Shown here: positions 18,631 through 29,271 of the stretch, in pieces | How positions within the stretch are numbered: the stretch's first letter is position 1 | How the letters are laid out: every line of letters begins with the position of its first letter | NCBI GenBank assembly: GCA_963704165.1 | Contig: CAVPHD010000009.1 | Span: 128,001-192,000 of the forward strand | Length of the DNA stretch: 64,000 nt | DNA from: an uncultured delta proteobacterium | Lineage (GTDB): Bacteria; Myxococcota_A; UBA9160; SZUA-336 | Direction of reading: 5' to 3' | Notes under the pieces: model-generated | What the model was told of the DNA's origin: nothing | Databases searched by the model: none | Seen by the model: only the letters and a program-made list of their open reading frames with translations | Made by a program: the position numbers and the translations under genes

Positions 18631-19902
18631 CTAGACGTCGAACTCGGCAGCTTCGAGGTACTTGCCCACGCGGTGAAGGAATCCATTCCCCGTCGTGCCG
18701 TCGATGATCCGATGGTCGTACGACAGAGCCAGGTACATCATCGGGTGTATGGCGATCGTGTCCTCGCCGCCAACGTCGATCACGATCGGGCGCTTCTTGA
18801 TCTCGCCCATGCGCAGGATCCCGACCTGCGGCTGGTTGATCACGGCAAATCCGTACAGGTTCCCCTCGCGGCCCGGATTCGTGAGCGTGAACGTGCCGCC
18901 CGCAAGGTCGTCCGGCTTGATCTCGCGATCCCGCGCACGCTTCGCGAGGTCGTTGATCGACTCGGCCAGGCCGATCAGCGAGAGCCGATCGGCGTCTCTG
19001 ATCACCGGCACGAGCAGACCGCGCTCGGTCTCGACCGCGATCCCGATGTGGATTCCCGCGCGCTCGACGATCGCGTCCCCCACGACGGCGGAATTCATGC
19101 GCGGGAAGTCCCGGAGCGCGCGCACCGTCGCGGCCACGGCGAACGGCAGGTAGGTCAGACCGAACCCGTGCGCGCGCTCGAAGTCCTTCTTGGTCCGATC
19201 GCGCAGCTTCGCGAGCTTGGCGAGGTCGATCTCCGCCACCGTGCCGACGTGGGGCGAGACGACCTTGGAGACGATCATGTGCTCGGCGATCCGCCTGCGA
19301 ATCGCCGTGAACGGAATCACCTTGTCCTCGGGAGCCACGCGGTGCGTCGGCACGCGGAGCTTGTCGAGGAATTCGCCGAGCGTGGCAGGTGACGGCCGGG
19401 CCGCCGCGCCGGACGTCGGGCCGGACGGCGCGTGCGCGGCCACATCGGCTTTCGTGACGCGCCCGCTGACTCCGCTACCCGAGATCGCGCCGACGTCGAT
19501 GCCGCGCTCGTCGGCCATGCGGCGGGCGAGCGGTGATGCGCGCACCGGTTCCGGCCCGGCCTCTGTGGGAGCTTGGGCCTTCGGCGCCGACGGTTCCGCC
19601 GGTTCCGCCTCGGTTGCCGCCACCGGAGTCTCGGCGACCGGAGCATCGACGCGCGCGGCCGCGCCCGCCGGCTCGAGCGTCAGGAGCTCGGTCCCGACCG
19701 CGACCGTCGTCCCCTGCGCGACGAGCAGCTTCGAAACGACTCCGGCCTCCGGCGCGACCACCTCGGCATCGACCTTCTCGGTCGTGATCTCGCAGAGCAC
19801 CTGATCCTTGGCGACGCGCTCGCCCTCTTTCACGAGCCAGCGCTCGACGGTTCCCTCGACCACGCTCTCGCCCATCTGGGGCATCGTGACGGTCATGGCC
19901 AT
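18631..19902 (-). CDS. Second 2-oxoacid dehydrogenase E2 (dihydrolipoamide acyltransferase, SucB/BkdB-like)
   Basis: MPQMGESVVEGTV, lipoyl TTEKV, ASPLARRMA subunit-binding domain, GGTFTLTNPG, LSYDHRIIDG. Confidence 0.9.
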   Translation of the reverse strand: MAMTVTMPQMGESVVEGTVERWLVKEGERVAKDQVLCEITTEKVDAEVVAPEAGVVSKLLVAQGTTVAVGTELLTLEPAGAAARVDAPVAETPVAATEAEPAEPSAPKAQAPTEAGPEPVRASPLARRMADERGIDVGAISGSGVSGRVTKADVAAHAPSGPTSGAAARPSPATLGEFLDKLRVPTHRVAPEDKVIPFTAIRRRIAEHMIVSKVVSPHVGTVAEIDLAKLAKLRDRTKKDFERAHGFGLTYLPFAVAATVRALRDFPRMNSAVVGDAIVERAGIHIGIAVETERGLLVPVIRDADRLSLIGLAESINDLAKRARDREIKPDDLAGGTFTLTNPGREGNLYGFAVINQPQVGILRMGEIKKRPIVIDVGGEDTIAIHPMMYLALSYDHRIIDGTTGNGFLHRVGKYLEAAEFDV

Positions 19903-19927
19903 CCTGGTTGCGCCTCCTGACCGCGGC

Positions 19928-21316
19928 TCAGAAGTTGAGCGCGCGATCCTCTGCGGCGAGCGCCGCCTCCATCAACATCTCCGAGAGCGTCGGGTGCGCG
20001 TGACTCGTCTCGCCGACCTCGCGCACCGTCGATTCGAGCGTCATCGCGAGCGATACCTCGTTGATCAACTCGGTGGCGCCGTGACCGATGATCTGACAGC
20101 CGAGGATCTCGCCGTACTTCGAATCCGATACCAGCTTCACGAATCCCTCCGTGTGGCCGGTTCCAACGGCTTTGCCCGATGCGACGAACGGCGCCTTTCC
20201 CACCTTGACGTCGTGACCGGCCGCGCGCGCCTCCGCCTCGGAGAGGCCGATGCTCGCGACCTGTGGCTGCGTGTAGATGCACGCCGGGACCTTTCGCAGG
20301 TCGATGCCGTGCTTGCGCTGTCCGGCGATGATCTCGACCGCGGCGACACCTTCGTGTGACGCCTTGTGGGCGAGCAGGGGCGGACCGCTGCAATCGCCGA
20401 TCGCGTACACGCCCTCGACGTTGGTCCGGTAGTCCGCGCCGACCTTCACGAATCCGCGCTCGACCGCGACCCCACGGGCCTCGAGGCCGAGATCGTCGAC
20501 GAGCGCGCGGCGACCGACGGCGACCAGAACCTGATCGGCGCGCAGCGCTTCGTCGCCCTTCTCTCCGGAGACCGTGACGGCGACGCCCTTGGCATTCGTC
20601 TCGAGGCCCTTGTACGCCGTGTTCGTCAGGATCTCCACTCCGGCGCGAGAGAGCGACGTCGCGAGCGCCTTCGCCACATCGGCGTCGAATCCGGGCAAGA
20701 GCTGGTCCTTCATCTCGACCACGGTGACCTTCGTACCGTAGGCGTTGTACGCGTAGGCGAACTCGAGCCCCACCGCGCCGCCACCGATCACGACGAGCGA
20801 CTCGGGGCGCTCGCGCGACTCGAGCGCCTCACGGCTGGTGAGAACCCGCTTGCCGTCGATCGCGAGGCCCGGAAGGACGAACTCCGTCGAGCCCGTGGCG
20901 AGGATGACGTTGCGGCCTTCGATCGCCTGCTCGGCACCCTCGGCGCTGACGATCACCTCTCGCCCCGACGTGAGCCGTCCGCGGCCCGCGACGACCTCGA
21001 TCTTGTTCTTCTTCATCAAGCTGCGCACGCCGCGCGCGAGCCGATCGGCGACCTTCCGGCTCGCGTCGATCACGGCACCGTAGTCGGCCGAGAGCTTCTC
21101 GACCACGAGCCCGGGCACACCGTTCTTCACGGCGGCGTAGAGCTCGGCCGACGACAGGATCGCCTTGGTCGGGATACAGCCCCAGTTCAGGCAGACGCCG
21201 CCGAGATTCGGCTGCTCCTCGACGACCGCGACCCGCATGCCGAGCTGCGCCGCGCGAATTGCGGCGATGTACCCGCCGGGCCCGGAACCGATTACGACCA
21301 GGTCGAACGCTTTCAT
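19928..21316 (-). CDS. lpdA: Dihydrolipoyl dehydrogenase (E3)
   Basis: GSGPGGY, GGVCLNWGCIPTK, GGGAVGLE, AIGD, HPTLSE. Confidence 0.96.
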   Translation of the reverse strand: MKAFDLVVIGSGPGGYIAAIRAAQLGMRVAVVEEQPNLGGVCLNWGCIPTKAILSSAELYAAVKNGVPGLVVEKLSADYGAVIDASRKVADRLARGVRSLMKKNKIEVVAGRGRLTSGREVIVSAEGAEQAIEGRNVILATGSTEFVLPGLAIDGKRVLTSREALESRERPESLVVIGGGAVGLEFAYAYNAYGTKVTVVEMKDQLLPGFDADVAKALATSLSRAGVEILTNTAYKGLETNAKGVAVTVSGEKGDEALRADQVLVAVGRRALVDDLGLEARGVAVERGFVKVGADYRTNVEGVYAIGDCSGPPLLAHKASHEGVAAVEIIAGQRKHGIDLRKVPACIYTQPQVASIGLSEAEARAAGHDVKVGKAPFVASGKAVGTGHTEGFVKLVSDSKYGEILGCQIIGHGATELINEVSLAMTLESTVREVGETSHAHPTLSEMLMEAALAAEDRALNF

Positions 21317-21449
21317 CCTCGCCCCATCTCGAACTGCGCCCTCTCCAGCGCGTCCGTATGCTGGTTCGCCCCGTACGCCGCGGTTTCTTCCCCTCTCTTC
21401 GTGCGAAGTTGCCGCCTCCTTGAGCGGCAATCAGGGATCGAATCCGGCG

Positions 21450-21995
<546 letters not shown>

Positions 21996-22025
21996 CGCTC
22001 CCCAATATACCGCCTCCGCTATGCT

Positions 22026-22751
22026 GTGCCCGTGCGGCGCGTGGCAGCCTGGTTCGTGCATCTCTATACGGCGTCGTCGGCCGTTCTCGGACTGTACGGC
22101 GTCATCGCCTGCTTCCAAGGCCAGTTCCGCCTGGCCATGTACCTGATGATGCTGACCATGGTGATCGACTCGACCGACGGCGCGCTGGCGCGCCTCGTCG
22201 ACGTCCGCAAGCAGATCCCCTGGTTCGACGGGCGTCGGCTGGACGACATCTGCGACTACTTCACCTACGTGCTCCTACCGGCGTGCTTCCTGATCGCCGC
22301 GCAGATGCTGCCGCACTCCACGTGGGTGACGCTGCCCGTGCTCGCGTCCGCCTACGGATTCAGTCAGGACAAGGCGAAGACCGACGACTTCTTCTTCCTC
22401 GGCTGGCCGTCGTACTGGAACGTCGCGGTCATGTACCTGTACCTGATGCAGTCCACGCCCTACACCGTGCTCGGTTGGGTGATCGGGCTCTCGGCCGCGA
22501 TCTTCGTGCCGATGAAGTACATCTATCCGAGTCGTACGCGAATGCTTCGGCCGCTCTCGCTCGCGGTCCTGGCCGCGTGGGTGCTGACCTTCTCCTGGCT
22601 CGCGGTGCGCCCCGACCCGTCGCCGCTCTGGATCTGGATCACGCTCGCCCTCGGCCCCGGCTACTACGTCGGTCTGTCGGCGATTCTGAACGTGCCGCGG
22701 TTCCGCGCGGCGCTCGGTAGCGCCGAGGCGGCCGGCGCACAGCCGCGATAA
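22026..22751 (+). CDS. pcs: Phosphatidylcholine synthase (CDP-alcohol phosphotransferase)
   Basis: [27 protein letters not shown] fits the Pcs motif DGx2ARx8Px3Gx3Dx3D; also VHLYTAS and FLGWPSYWN. Confidence 0.85.
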   Translation: MPVRRVAAWFVHLYTASSAVLGLYGVIACFQGQFRLAMYLMMLTMVIDSTDGALARLVDVRKQIPWFDGRRLDDICDYFTYVLLPACFLIAAQMLPHSTWVTLPVLASAYGFSQDKAKTDDFFFLGWPSYWNVAVMYLYLMQSTPYTVLGWVIGLSAAIFVPMKYIYPSRTRMLRPLSLAVLAAWVLTFSWLAVRPDPSPLWIWITLALGPGYYVGLSAILNVPRFRAALGSAEAAGAQPR

Positions 22752-22762
22752 GCTGAGCGGAG

Positions 22763-23720
22763 ATGCCCTTCGAGATCCTGCTAGCGAGTCCACGCGGCTT
22801 CTGCGCCGGCGTCGATCGAGCGATCGAGATCGTCGAGCTTGCACTCGAGGTGTACGGCGAGCCCGTGTACGTGCGCCACGAGATCGTCCACAACCGCCAC
22901 GTCGTCGAGGATCTTCGCAGCCAGGGAGCGATCTTCACCGAGAATCTCGAGGAGGTTCCCGAGGGAAGCCTCTTGATCTTCAGCGCGCACGGGATCTCGC
23001 CGGCGGTGCGGAGCGAGGCCGAGCGCCGGAATCTGCGTACGCTCGACGCCACCTGTCCGCTCGTGACGAAGGTGCACGTCGAGGCGCTGCGCTACGCGCG
23101 CGACGGCTTCGAGATCGTGCTGGTCGGTCATCGCGGCCACGTCGAGGTCGAGGGCACGCTCGGCCACGCGCCCGGGCCGGATGCACCTCGTCGAAACGCT
23201 CGCCGACGCGCAGAAGCTCGAGGTGCGCGACCCGAGCAAGCTCGCCGTTCTGACACAGACCACGCTCTCGGTCGACGACACGCGCGAGATCATCTCGGCG
23301 CTGCGCGCGCGCTTCCCCGGCATCCGTCTGCCGGGCAAGGACGACATCTGCTACGCGACGCAGAACCGCCAGAACGCGGTCAAGGCGTTGACCGAGCGCT
23401 GCGACCTGGTGCTCGTCGTCGGCGCGACGAGCTCGAGCAATTCGAATCGGCTGGTCGAGGTCGCCGCAGCGCGTGGCGCACGCGCGCAGCTGGTCGAGGA
23501 CGCCGAGAGCATCGATCCCGGCTGGCTCGACGGCGCGACCTGCGTCGGGGTCACCGCGGGTGCATCGACGCCCGAGTTCCTCGTCAAGGGCGTGACCGAT
23601 CGGCTCTCGGCGCTCGGCGGCACGAGTGTGGAGTCGCTCGCGATCGTCGATGAAGGGGTGCGCTTCACGCTGCCGCCCGAGCTGAAGCGTGGCGCACGGT
23701 CCACGACCGCTGGCGAGTGA
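22763..23720 (+). CDS. ispH: 4-hydroxy-3-methylbut-2-enyl diphosphate reductase (apparent frameshift near 23175)
   Basis: [31 protein letters not shown], then in the next frame [31 protein letters not shown]. Confidence 0.94.
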
Positions 23721-25165
23721 CCGCTCCGCTCGACGCGCTCGTTGCCGATCTCCTGCGCGGCAAGGCCACGCCCGACGCGTTCGAAGCGCTCGGCGTGCCG
23801 GAGCCCGTCCTCACACGAACGCGCGTGACCGAGGCCATCGCGGACGAGGACCTCGCCCCGGCGCGCGAGCGCTGGCTGCCCGAGCTCCTGCTATCGGCGC
23901 GGCCGGGCTACGGAGCCCAGTGCCTCGCGGAGCTCGCGCACCGCTACCGCGGGACCCGCGGTCGTCCGCTCGATCTGGCCGGCATGCCCGCGCTACCGCG
24001 TCTGCTCGGCTCGAGCGACTTCCTCGCGCGCCTGCTGCTTCGCCACCCGCACTGGAGCGAAGAGCTCGTCGGCGATCCGCCCGGCGCGCCCGAAACCGGG
24101 CCGATCGAGTCCGACTGGACCGCAATCCGGATCGCGAAGTACAAGGGATTGCTCCGCATCGCCGCGCGCGACGTCGTCGGGCGACCCTTCGAGCAAAGCC
24201 TCGACGAGCTTTCGGTGCTCGCCGACCGCTGCCTCGAGGCCGCCCTCTCCGCCGCTTCCCGCGAGGCCGAGACTGCCGCGCCGGCACTCTTCGCGCTCGG
24301 CAAGCTCGGTGGCTCGGAGCTGAACTTCTCGTCCGACGTCGACCTCCTCTTCCTCTACGAAGCGTCCGGGGACGAACCCGACATGGAGCGGCACGCCTCC
24401 GTTGCCCGCCTCGTGCAGCTCTTCAAGAAGCACTTGGAACTGCCGAGCGAGGATGGCTTCGGATACCGAGTCGATCTCGAGCTTCGTCCCGAAGGGCGAG
24501 GTGGCGTGATCGCGAACCCGGTGGATGCCGCGCTCGGCTACTACGAGAGCTTCGGTGCGGATTGGGAACGGCAGATGCTGATCCGGCTCCGGCACGTCGC
24601 GGGTCCGCGCGCGACGGCGGAGGCCTTCGAACTCGGAGTGACGCCGTTCGTCTGGCGTCGGTCGGTCGGACCCGCGGCGATCCGGGGCGTGCGCGCGATG
24701 AAGCGCCGGATCGAGGACGAGCGGCTCGAGGCCGGACGGGACCTCGAAGCCGACCTCAAGGAGGGACCGGGCGGAATCCGCGACGTCGAGTTCCTGGTCC
24801 AGGCGTTCCAGATCTTCTTCGGAGGCCGTGAACCGGGTCTGCGCACCGGAAACGTCCTGCGCGGGCTCGCGGCTCTCGCTCGGCTCGGGCTCTTGCCCGG
24901 CGAGGTCACCGACGGACTTCGCGACGCGTATCTCTGGCTTCGTCGCGCCGAGCACTGCGTCCAGATGGTCGATGAACGCCAGACCCAGGCTTTTCCGCGC
25001 GAGCTCTTCGCGCAGCTCGGGCTCGCGCGCCGCATGGGCTATGCCGAGCCGGACGGGCGCCGAGCGCGCGAGGCACTGCTCGACGACTGGACGCGCGTGC
25101 GGACCGAGGTCCGCCGGCACTTCGAGAATCTCGTGCTCGAAAGCGTGAGCGCCGATGAACCTTGA
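23717..25165 (+). CDS. glnE: GlnE-like nucleotidyltransferase, N-terminal (adenylyl-removing-like) half
   Basis: LGKLGGSELNFSSDVDLLFLY, GYRVDLELRPEG, YYESFGADWER, DLKEGPGGIRDVEFLVQ, WLRRAEHCVQM. Confidence 0.85.
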   Translation: MTAPLDALVADLLRGKATPDAFEALGVPEPVLTRTRVTEAIADEDLAPARERWLPELLLSARPGYGAQCLAELAHRYRGTRGRPLDLAGMPALPRLLGSSDFLARLLLRHPHWSEELVGDPPGAPETGPIESDWTAIRIAKYKGLLRIAARDVVGRPFEQSLDELSVLADRCLEAALSAASREAETAAPALFALGKLGGSELNFSSDVDLLFLYEASGDEPDMERHASVARLVQLFKKHLELPSEDGFGYRVDLELRPEGRGGVIANPVDAALGYYESFGADWERQMLIRLRHVAGPRATAEAFELGVTPFVWRRSVGPAAIRGVRAMKRRIEDERLEAGRDLEADLKEGPGGIRDVEFLVQAFQIFFGGREPGLRTGNVLRGLAALARLGLLPGEVTDGLRDAYLWLRRAEHCVQMVDERQTQAFPRELFAQLGLARRMGYAEPDGRRAREALLDDWTRVRTEVRRHFENLVLESVSADEP

Positions 25166-26465
25166 AGCAAAGCTCGAAGCCGCGCTCGGCGCGTCACCGC
25201 TTCGCGCGACGCTGGCGATTGCCGCCGCGCCGCTGATTGAACGGCGCGGTGCCGACCCGATCTGGGATCGCTTCGACGATCGCCAGCTCTCCGGACTGGC
25301 GCGCGCGATCGCGGGGCATCCGGCCTGGGGACGCTATCTCGCCCATCGCCCCGAGCTGCTGGTGCGGATCTCGGGCGCGGAGCCCGGTGCACTTCGCACG
25401 CGCGGGGCCGAGCTCGACGCGTCCGCGCCCCACGATCCCGGAGCGGGCCTCGAGGACTTCCTCGACACGCTGCGCCTGGTCCGACGCGACGAGATGCTCT
25501 TCGCGGCGTGCCTGCAGCTCGGTGGCCTCGCCGACTTCGACGAGGTCTCGACCTTCCTCTCCCTCGTCGCCGAGAACTGCATGTGCCGCGCGCTCGCACC
25601 CGCGGAAGGACGCGCAACCGACGGCGCCGCGCTGGCAATTCTCGGCATGGGCAAGCTCGCCGGCCGGGAATTCACCTACCACTCCGATCTCGACGTGATC
25701 TTCCTGTACCGCGACGAGCTGCCCGACGCGCTGCAACCTTCACGGATCGCGCAGCGCTGGATCAGCTACGTCTCGACCATGACCGGGGCGGGCTACGCGT
25801 ACCAGGTGGACTCGCGCCTGCGCCCGTCGGGTCAGCAGGGCTCGCTCGTGACCACGCACGAGGCCTTCGCGCGCTATCAGGTCGAGCAAGCGGCGACGTG
25901 GGAGCACCTGGCGCTGCTCCGCTCGCGCGCCATCGCGGGTGATCTCGAGCGCGCACAGCGAACCCTCACGGAGACGCGCGAGCGAATCGTGCGCGAAGCG
26001 GAGAACCCCTGGCCGTACGTCGCGGACATGCGCAAGCGGGTGGTCGAGGAACGCGGCGCCGAGGACGAGAAGAAGGCCGCGCTGAAGGCCGGTCGCGGTG
26101 GTGTGATGGACGTCGAGTTCCTGGCGTCGGGCGCCATGCTCGAGCGCGGCTTGCAGATCACCGGCTCGGCGCTTCCGTCGGTGCCGGCGATGCTGCGCGC
26201 GGCGAGTCCGGGTGCGCCGACCGAGGGGCTGCTCGGCGACTACGCGCTGCTGCGCGAGATCGAGGCGTGCGCGCGCTGGCAGGCCGGACGCGCGGTCGAG
26301 ACGCTTCCGATTCAAGGGGAGACGGCGGAGCTCGTCGCAGACCTCGTCCGCCCGGGCGAATGCGCAGGCGAACTCGGTGCGCGCGTCGCCGCGGCACGAG
26401 CGCGGATCGCGAGCGCGTTCGAGCGCGTCTGCACGAGCGGCACGGTGGATGCGCTTTCGGGCTAG
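25155..26465 (+). CDS. glnE: GlnE-like nucleotidyltransferase, C-terminal (adenylyltransferase-like) half
   Basis: GMGKLAGREFTYHSDLDVIFLY, YQVDSRLRPSGQQGSLV, WEHLALLRSR, LKAGRGGVMDVEF. Confidence 0.85.
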   Translation: MNLEAKLEAALGASPLRATLAIAAAPLIERRGADPIWDRFDDRQLSGLARAIAGHPAWGRYLAHRPELLVRISGAEPGALRTRGAELDASAPHDPGAGLEDFLDTLRLVRRDEMLFAACLQLGGLADFDEVSTFLSLVAENCMCRALAPAEGRATDGAALAILGMGKLAGREFTYHSDLDVIFLYRDELPDALQPSRIAQRWISYVSTMTGAGYAYQVDSRLRPSGQQGSLVTTHEAFARYQVEQAATWEHLALLRSRAIAGDLERAQRTLTETRERIVREAENPWPYVADMRKRVVEERGAEDEKKAALKAGRGGVMDVEFLASGAMLERGLQITGSALPSVPAMLRAASPGAPTEGLLGDYALLREIEACARWQAGRAVETLPIQGETAELVADLVRPGECAGELGARVAAARARIASAFERVCTSGTVDALSG

Positions 26466-26469
26466 CGCC

Positions 26470-26850
26470 TCAGCCCGCGAAGAGCGCTCCGATCAAGCCG
26501 CCAACGAGCAGCACGCAATTCGCGACGAAGCCGATCAGAAAACCCGGTCCGCGCTTCTCCGGATCCGCGACGTAGCCCTGGACGTAGAGCGCCCGGCCGA
26601 CGATGAAGCCGAGGCCGAGCAACGCACCCCAGCCGGCGCTCACGTGCATTCCGAAGAGCCAGAGCGCGGGCAGGAAGACGACCAGCTGCTCGAGCGTGTT
26701 CTGGTGCACACGGAAGGTCCGCTCGAAGACCTCGTGGCCGGTGGTCGCCGGCGCCTTGATCCCGTACTTTCCCCGCGCTCGTCCGACCAGCATCGAGATG
26801 CCGACGTATTCGAGGAGGGCGAGCGCAGTCACGATCGCGAGGTAGTCCAT
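26470..26850 (-). CDS. MAPEG family membrane protein
   Basis: VGRARGKYGIKAPATTGHEVFERTFRVHQNTLEQ, GRALYVQGY. Confidence 0.9.
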   Translation of the reverse strand: MDYLAIVTALALLEYVGISMLVGRARGKYGIKAPATTGHEVFERTFRVHQNTLEQLVVFLPALWLFGMHVSAGWGALLGLGFIVGRALYVQGYVADPEKRGPGFLIGFVANCVLLVGGLIGALFAG

Positions 26851-26911
26851 GGTTCCTCCGAGAAGTCGATCGACTTCGTTGCGGCGATACTAGCGTGATT
26901 CGAGGAAGCAC

Positions 26912-27904
26912 ATGCGCCTGCTCGTGACAGGCGGGGCGGGATACGTCGGTGGCTTCACGGCCCGACACCTCACGGCGTCGGGTCACGAGGTCCGCGTGAT
27001 CGATGATCTCTCGGCCGGCCATCGCGAGGCGGCCCCGCCCGGGGCGCTGACCGTCTGCGGGATCGACGAACGCGAGCGGATCGCATCGCTGATCCGCGAG
27101 AACCGCATCGAAGCGGTGCTGCACTTCGCGGCGTTCACATCGGTCGCGGACTCGGTTCGCAAACCCGAGGCCTACTGGCGGAACAACGTCGCGGGAACGC
27201 TCGCGCTGCTCGAGGCGATGCGCGACGGCGGCGCGGACCAGATCGTGTTCTCGAGCACGGCCGCGGTCTTCGGCGAGACGGCCGAGATGCCGCTGGCGGA
27301 GACGGCCTCGCTCGCGCCCGCAAGCCCCTATGCGACGACCAAGCTCGCCGTCGAACGCATGCTCGCCGACTTCGCGCGCGCGCACGGACTGCGCCACGCG
27401 TCGCTTCGCTACTTCAACGCCGCCGGCGCCAGCGCCGACGGAGCGCACGGGGAAGACCACGATCCCGAGACCCACCTCGTGCCGATCGTGCTCCAGACCC
27501 TTCTCGGCCTGCGCTCCGGCCTGACGGTGTACGGGGAGGACTTTGCGACACCGGACGGCACCTGCATTCGGGACTACGTCCACGTCGAGGACCTCGCCGA
27601 CGCGCACGGACGCGCGCTCGAGTGGACCTCGCGCGCGCCGGCGGGAGCGGGTGAGGCGATCAACCTGGGAACGGGTACGGGACACTCGGTCCTCGAGGTG
27701 ATCCGCGCGGCCGAGCGCGTGACCGGAAAGCGCGTCCCCTTCGAGATCGGAACTCGACGCCCGGGAGACACGGCAACACTCGTCGCCGGTCGCGAGCGGG
27801 CCGAACGCGTGCTCGGCTGGGTGCCCCGCGCACGACTCGACGAGATCCTGGTCAGCGCGTGGGAGTGGCATCGCAGGAATCCAGGTGGCTACACGAGCCG
27901 GTGA
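26912..27904 (+). CDS. galE: UDP-glucose 4-epimerase
   Basis: [23 protein letters not shown] (YxxxK), [20 protein letters not shown]. Confidence 0.92.
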   Translation: MRLLVTGGAGYVGGFTARHLTASGHEVRVIDDLSAGHREAAPPGALTVCGIDERERIASLIRENRIEAVLHFAAFTSVADSVRKPEAYWRNNVAGTLALLEAMRDGGADQIVFSSTAAVFGETAEMPLAETASLAPASPYATTKLAVERMLADFARAHGLRHASLRYFNAAGASADGAHGEDHDPETHLVPIVLQTLLGLRSGLTVYGEDFATPDGTCIRDYVHVEDLADAHGRALEWTSRAPAGAGEAINLGTGTGHSVLEVIRAAERVTGKRVPFEIGTRRPGDTATLVAGRERAERVLGWVPRARLDEILVSAWEWHRRNPGGYTSR

Positions 27905-28802
27905 CGGAGCACAGGTCGCCGTAGGCTGGATCGGCACCGGCGTGATGGGTTCCGCGATGTGCGATCACCTGCTCAGAGCGGGGCTTCCCGTCACCGTCCA
28001 CTCGCGCACGCGCGCGAAGGCCGAGGACCTGCTCTCGCGGGGCGCGGACTGGGCCGACTCGCCGGCAGAAGTCGCCTCCCGAAGCGACGTGATCTTCTCG
28101 ATCGTCGGCTTTCCCGCAGACGTGCGCGAGGTCGTGCTCGGCCCGAACGGCGTGCTTGGCCGCGTCCGACCCGGCGCGATCGTGATCGACATGACGACGA
28201 GCGAGCCGAGCCTGGCACGCGAGATCGACGCGGCCGCACGCGCGCACGGCGCGGAGGCGCTCGACGCGCCGGTCTCGGGCGGAGACGTCGGGGCGCGAGC
28301 GGCCACGCTCTCGATCATGGTCGGCGGCGGGGCCTCGACCTTCGAGCGAGCCCGACCCCTGCTCGAGCGCCTGGGCAGGACGATCGTGTACCAGGGTCCG
28401 GCGGGCGCGGGGCAACACACCAAGATGGTCAACCAGATGCTGATCGCTTCGAACATGGTCGGTGTCTGCGAGGCGCTGCTCTACGCACAGCGCGCGGGAC
28501 TCGATCCGCTGCGGGTGATCGCGTCGGTCGGCAGCGGTGCGGCTTCCTCGTGGGGGATCCTGCAGCTCGGCCCGAAGGTCGCCGCGCGCGACTTCGCGCC
28601 GGGCTTCTACGTCGAGCACTTCCTGAAGGACATGGACATCGCACTGCGCGAAGGCCGGCGAATGGGCCTCGCCCTGCCGGGGCTCGAGCTGGCCGAGCGA
28701 CTGTACCGCGAGGTCGCCGCCCTCGGACACGGCCGCAGCGGCACGCAGGCCCTGATCCTGGCGCTCGAGCGACTGGCTCAGAGTGGCGCGAGCGACTTGT
28801 AG
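27885..28802 (+). CDS. Beta-hydroxyacid dehydrogenase family (3-hydroxyisobutyrate DH-like) oxidoreductase
   Basis: [37 protein letters not shown]. Confidence 0.9.
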   Translation: MATRAGDGAQVAVGWIGTGVMGSAMCDHLLRAGLPVTVHSRTRAKAEDLLSRGADWADSPAEVASRSDVIFSIVGFPADVREVVLGPNGVLGRVRPGAIVIDMTTSEPSLAREIDAAARAHGAEALDAPVSGGDVGARAATLSIMVGGGASTFERARPLLERLGRTIVYQGPAGAGQHTKMVNQMLIASNMVGVCEALLYAQRAGLDPLRVIASVGSGAASSWGILQLGPKVAARDFAPGFYVEHFLKDMDIALREGRRMGLALPGLELAERLYREVAALGHGRSGTQALILALERLAQSGASDL

Positions 28803-29263
28803 CCACCTCGGAAGTAGACCAGCGGCTCGTGCGCGCCGCCGCTGGATGCGGCCTCGACGATCGCGATGTAGACGATGTGGTCGCCAGCGTCGATCTCGTC
28901 GCGCACGCGACAGTCGAGCGCGGAGAGCGCGCCCGGTAGCCGCGGACAACCCGTCGCGCCGAGCGCGCAATCGAGTCCGTCGAAGCGGACGGATTCGCGC
29001 CTCTTGTCGGCGAAGAGGTTCGAGAGCGCGCTCTGCCCGCTCGACAGGACGTTGACCGTGAAGACGCGCGACTTCTGAATCAGCGCGTTCGTGTTCGAGC
29101 TCTTGTCCGCACAGACCAGCACGAGCGGGGGTGAGAGGCTCACCGACGAGAACGCCGACACCGTCATGCCCAGACGCTCGGACTCGAACTGCGAGGTCAC
29201 GATCGTGACTCCGCTCGCCCAGCCGCCGAGCGTCTGCCGAAACGTCTCCGGATCGACGGGCAT
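28778..29263 (-). CDS. Flavin reductase-like protein (HpaC/RutF family)
   Basis: [49 protein letters not shown]. Confidence 0.9.
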   Translation of the reverse strand: MPVDPETFRQTLGGWASGVTIVTSQFESERLGMTVSAFSSVSLSPPLVLVCADKSSNTNALIQKSRVFTVNVLSSGQSALSNLFADKRRESVRFDGLDCALGATGCPRLPGALSALDCRVRDEIDAGDHIVYIAIVEAASSGGAHEPLVYFRGGYKSLAPL

Positions 29264-29271
29264 GGCCGCTC

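Noticed and set aside
21409..21430. TTGCCGC/GCGGCAA hairpin between nuoB and lpdA as a terminator
   Set aside because: 7-bp stem without a U-tract; cannot support termination, though it may be a processing or stability element.
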